A DNA stretch of 64,000 nt, taken from the NCBI RefSeq assembly GCF_009914755.1, contig NC_060935.1. One strand, given 5' to 3'. Source of the DNA: the human T2T-CHM13v2.0 reference genome, Homo sapiens. The notes beneath the pieces were generated by a model. That model searched no databases. It saw nothing but the letters and a program-made list of their open reading frames with translations, and was not told the DNA's origin. Both the position numbers and the translations under genes were made by a program. Positions 60,247 through 64,000 of this stretch are shown here, piece after piece (position 1 is the stretch's first letter; every line of letters starts with the position of its first letter).

Positions 60247-61509
60247 CATTGTTTTTTAACTATAAATGCATGAAAAAGTCTTAATTTGTTTTAATTTACT
60301 AAATCTTTCTAAATTGTAGCATTCATTTACAAGTTATTGAACTCATTAAGTGCCACATATGTGCTGAGTATTGGAGATGTGATAATGATTAAAACACAGT
60401 CTCCATTTCTCAAAAATGACAATATATTATTGAAAAATGCTAGGAGAGTGGATGTTGTTTTCCCACCACAAAAATAGCAAGAGGAAGAATCAATTTTGAT
60501 GAAAGATAATAATTTAAGTTTTGGAACATCTGAAAAATTCTAAAATTTCCTGAGCTTCGTTTATTTAAAAAATGACAGAATTTATGATCTCCAAATCCAC
60601 TCTTGTCAGTATAGAATCATTTTGTCTATGTGCTTTTTTCCTACTAAATGTGGCCTAATTTTAGTTTCCAATGTAACCATGTTTACATTGAAGTAAATCT
60701 ATTGGCACTAGTCTTCCCATTCTGAAAAATAATTTATCATCCAGGCCTCAGCTTGGCTTGGAAATTGCATTTTTGTGAGTGAGATAGTTTCATTCTCCTT
60801 TCAAAGGGAATCAGTGGTTTGTGAAGCATCTATAGATAGGTAAATATTGAACACATATTTTTTGCTGGATAGAAATATTCCAATGAGAAAAGCATATTCC
60901 TTTCCAACTAATCAATTTTCTTTGAGAAGTGTATGTAATACTTAATTCCCTATATATGACCAGCTAAGCACTGACATTCTATGGCTTGTATCGCAAGGTA
61001 TTTTTAAAAACCTTAATGCCTATAATATAGCTGACATTCTTTTAAGAATCAAAAGACCCATCTATTGAGATCAGTTGCTTGAATTTTCATCACCAAGATG
61101 CATCTTTCCTTTTCTGTCAGATCTTCGTGTGCTGTAAGCTTTGGTTGGTGGACTTTGAAGAGGTGCCATACTGAATGACTCACTATAGTTATAAAGCTGT
61201 CTCTTTTCCCTGTCCCTTTTCTGTTAACAGGAATTGTATAATCACTCTATTTTATTTTCTTTATCTTTGTAAATCTAAAAGGGACTAGTACTTACTGTGT
61301 AAAATCACAGTGTAAATTTTCTTTATAAATTCTCCCTTTCAACAATACAGAAGCTCAAAGACAACAATGGTTTTATCTACCTTATGTGTCTCTCCTCCCA
61401 ACACAGAGAACAATTCCTAGCATATCATAAATCTTGTTAATCCTTTGTTAAATGAATGAAAGAATACAGGAATGGGCGAAATGTCAAGTTCATTTCCGAG
61501 ATTTTATTT

Positions 61510-64000
61510 TGTTTTCTTTTTAACTTATTATTTTAAATAATTTCAGACCTAGAGAAGAGTTTCAAATATAATGAAGTATCTCACATACCCTTCACCCTAA
61601 TTCTCTAAATATTACTAACGTATACAACCAGAGTACAAATATCAAAATCAGGAAATTTAATTGATAACAATTCTATTACATAATCTATAGGCCTACTAAA
61701 ACTTACCAAATGGTCTTACTAATTTTCTTTTACTAATATAAGATCTATTTTAGGACCCAGATTGAATTCAGTTTGTTATGTTTTCCTGATTTCTTCCAAT
61801 CTGAGACAGCCCTCAGACTTTGTTTACATTGATAACTTTGACACCTTTAAAAAATACTGACTAGTTATTTTTTTACATGTTTTACCAGTTTGGGTTTGTC
61901 TGATGTTGTCTCATGTTTACATTGAGATTCTGCATTTTGGAGTAGGTTGCCCTACGAATGATGTTACATTTTTCTTAGTACATTGCATTGGGCAATACAT
62001 GATGTTGAAATTTCTTATTATTTATGATGTTAATTTTGATCACTTACTTAAGACAGTTGGTATAAATCACGTTTTTCCTCTGTAACATTACAATTTTTTT
62101 CAGTATAATCAACAATTATCTTGGGAAATATACTTTAAAACAATAAAAATATTCTTTTATCTCATTATTAATATATACTTGCTCCCTAATTTTTGCATTC
62201 CTTGATAAATCTTTCCTACAATAAATATTACTCTGCTGTCTGCCACATGATAATTTCCATCAGTATTTCTACACTTGTCAGTTTGAATTCTAATATGAAT
62301 AGGGCTGTTTCTTTACCTCATTTATTTATCCATTTATTTATGTCATATAGACTTACTAATGTTTATTTTAGTTAATGACTTTTAATCTATTACTATACTT
62401 ATTTATTTAGTTCCAGTTGTCCCAGATTTGAACCCTGGCTTCTGTGTAATTTCAACATGACTTCATCATTTTTAAAGCACTTTCTTACCTTCTGGCACCA
62501 CAAGATATTTAAGACTCATATTGTATTTGCCCTGCCCCACTCCTGGAATCTGCCTATTTCTCCCAGGAGTTCTCATTTCTGTTATGTAATAGTGACACTA
62601 ACAAGCGAACGCTGTAAGTGCCGTCATGGCTACCCAGGTGTCACTTTTTCTGAATCCCCTCACTGGACATAGCTAGGAGATATATGCACTATTCACACAG
62701 AAATGCACACCTTTATATTAGATATACACATATTTTAACTATTTCCATAGCTGTTATTTTATTTGTAAATTTTTTCTTGTATAGTGAGTTTTACACAATA
62801 TATTTATGTTTTTTTTAAATATACAATCCACATTGTTTCAGAAATGTTAACCTGTATTCTTGTGAAAAATAAATTAACCAACTAGGGTACACTATTTGTG
62901 TACAGATATTTTGATTTTCTGTAAAAATTCTGTTTCTAGAATTCATTTTATTTCTTCTACATTTCTAATCAGGTTAAGACAGGTATGCAAATACATGCAT
63001 ATGTAGTCAATTTAAGGTTATTTGTTAGCATTTGTATTCCATTTTGCCCTCTTTTTCTTCCTGGTTGATATTATCTAATTTATTTTGGGGGTATGTGAAA
63101 CTTTATTAGAGTTTGAAAAGTAAAATATAAAAAATGTGTAATTAGAGATGTATCACTGTCCCCTGTCTCTTCTTAACTGGTTCCATTTCCCTATTTGTTT
63201 TACCCCTTCACAGTCTATGCCTTGTAGGTAGCATATCTCATTTCTGAGTTTTCCTTCCTCTCCCTATATATCTTTATTTTTATATGCATGTATATGCTTC
63301 TTTTTACATATGAGGAAACAGAAACACTATTTTGCACTTAATTTTTTTAAATTTAACAATATGTGCTAAAAACTACTTGTCTAAGTTCATAAAGACCTTC
63401 CTCCTCCATTTGAATGGCTGCTTAATACTCCAATGTGTGCATGTACCTTAGTTTATTCAACCACTCTCTTGGATTTCTGGGTCAAATGGACAAGTGCTTG
63501 TGTAGTTTCAGAATTTTTCACTAGAAGGATTGTATCAGGTTATATTCCCAACAGCAATGTGTGAGAATGCCTATTTACTCACAGCATTACAACAGAATAT
63601 GCTGTCACTTTAATTTTTGACAATCTAGTGTGAAAAAAATAATGTCTCAATGATTTTTTTCACTTGCATTTTTAAAAACTATGAGTTTTAATATCTTTTC
63701 AGGACCATTAACAAAAGTCCTTCCAAAATATTTTTTTTTAAATGGGGAATAAAGGACAAAAGCATGATGGAAAAATGAGAAAAGTCATGAATAGACAATC
63801 CACACACAAAAAAAGATTAAATAAGTTCCATACCTCAAGTAATTAAAACTACTCTGTTTTTCTATTCATATACCAGTACCATATTATTTTAATTAGAGTC
63901 TTTATAGTATGCTATGAAATCTGGTTTATCTGTTTTAATATTCTAATTTCTGGTTTTATCTTTTCAGCATTTTACTGGCTGGTCTTGCCTATTTGTTTAT
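61510..64000 (-). mobile_element. Old L1MC/L1ME 3'-end fragments
   Basis: aataatttcagac..catacccttcaccc, aaaatcaggaaatt..a.ttgata, tttattcaaccactc, tattcccaacagcaatgtgtgagaatgcc motifs. Confidence 0.7.

Overview
AT-rich, gene-poor primate genomic DNA, most likely human or another hominid (Alu J/S/Y, an L1PA2/3-type LINE-1, THE1/MST and MER41A elements). I find no intact protein-coding gene, no RNA gene and no evidence of a novel prokaryote-style system; most ORFs in the track are artefacts of repeats. The centrepiece is an intron-less, decayed KRAB-C2H2 zinc-finger retrocopy of the ZNF133/169/337/343/875 clade (~43.4-48.3 kb, +). It is split inside one finger by a young twin-primed L1 (16-bp TSD) whose inverted 5' half carries a stop-free reverse-transcriptase ORF. 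Other clear structures are a complete MER41A provirus (TSD, tRNA-Arg PBS, PPT), a THE1 MaLR provirus, an MLT2 LTR carrying two nested ERV1 LTRs, a MER1B with a perfect 8-bp TSD, a tailless Alu with a TSD, a head-to-head inverted Alu-arm pair and a cluster of AT-rich palindromes. Repeat subfamily names come from remembered consensus sequences and need RepeatMasker/Dfam confirmation; boundaries of old elements are approximate.
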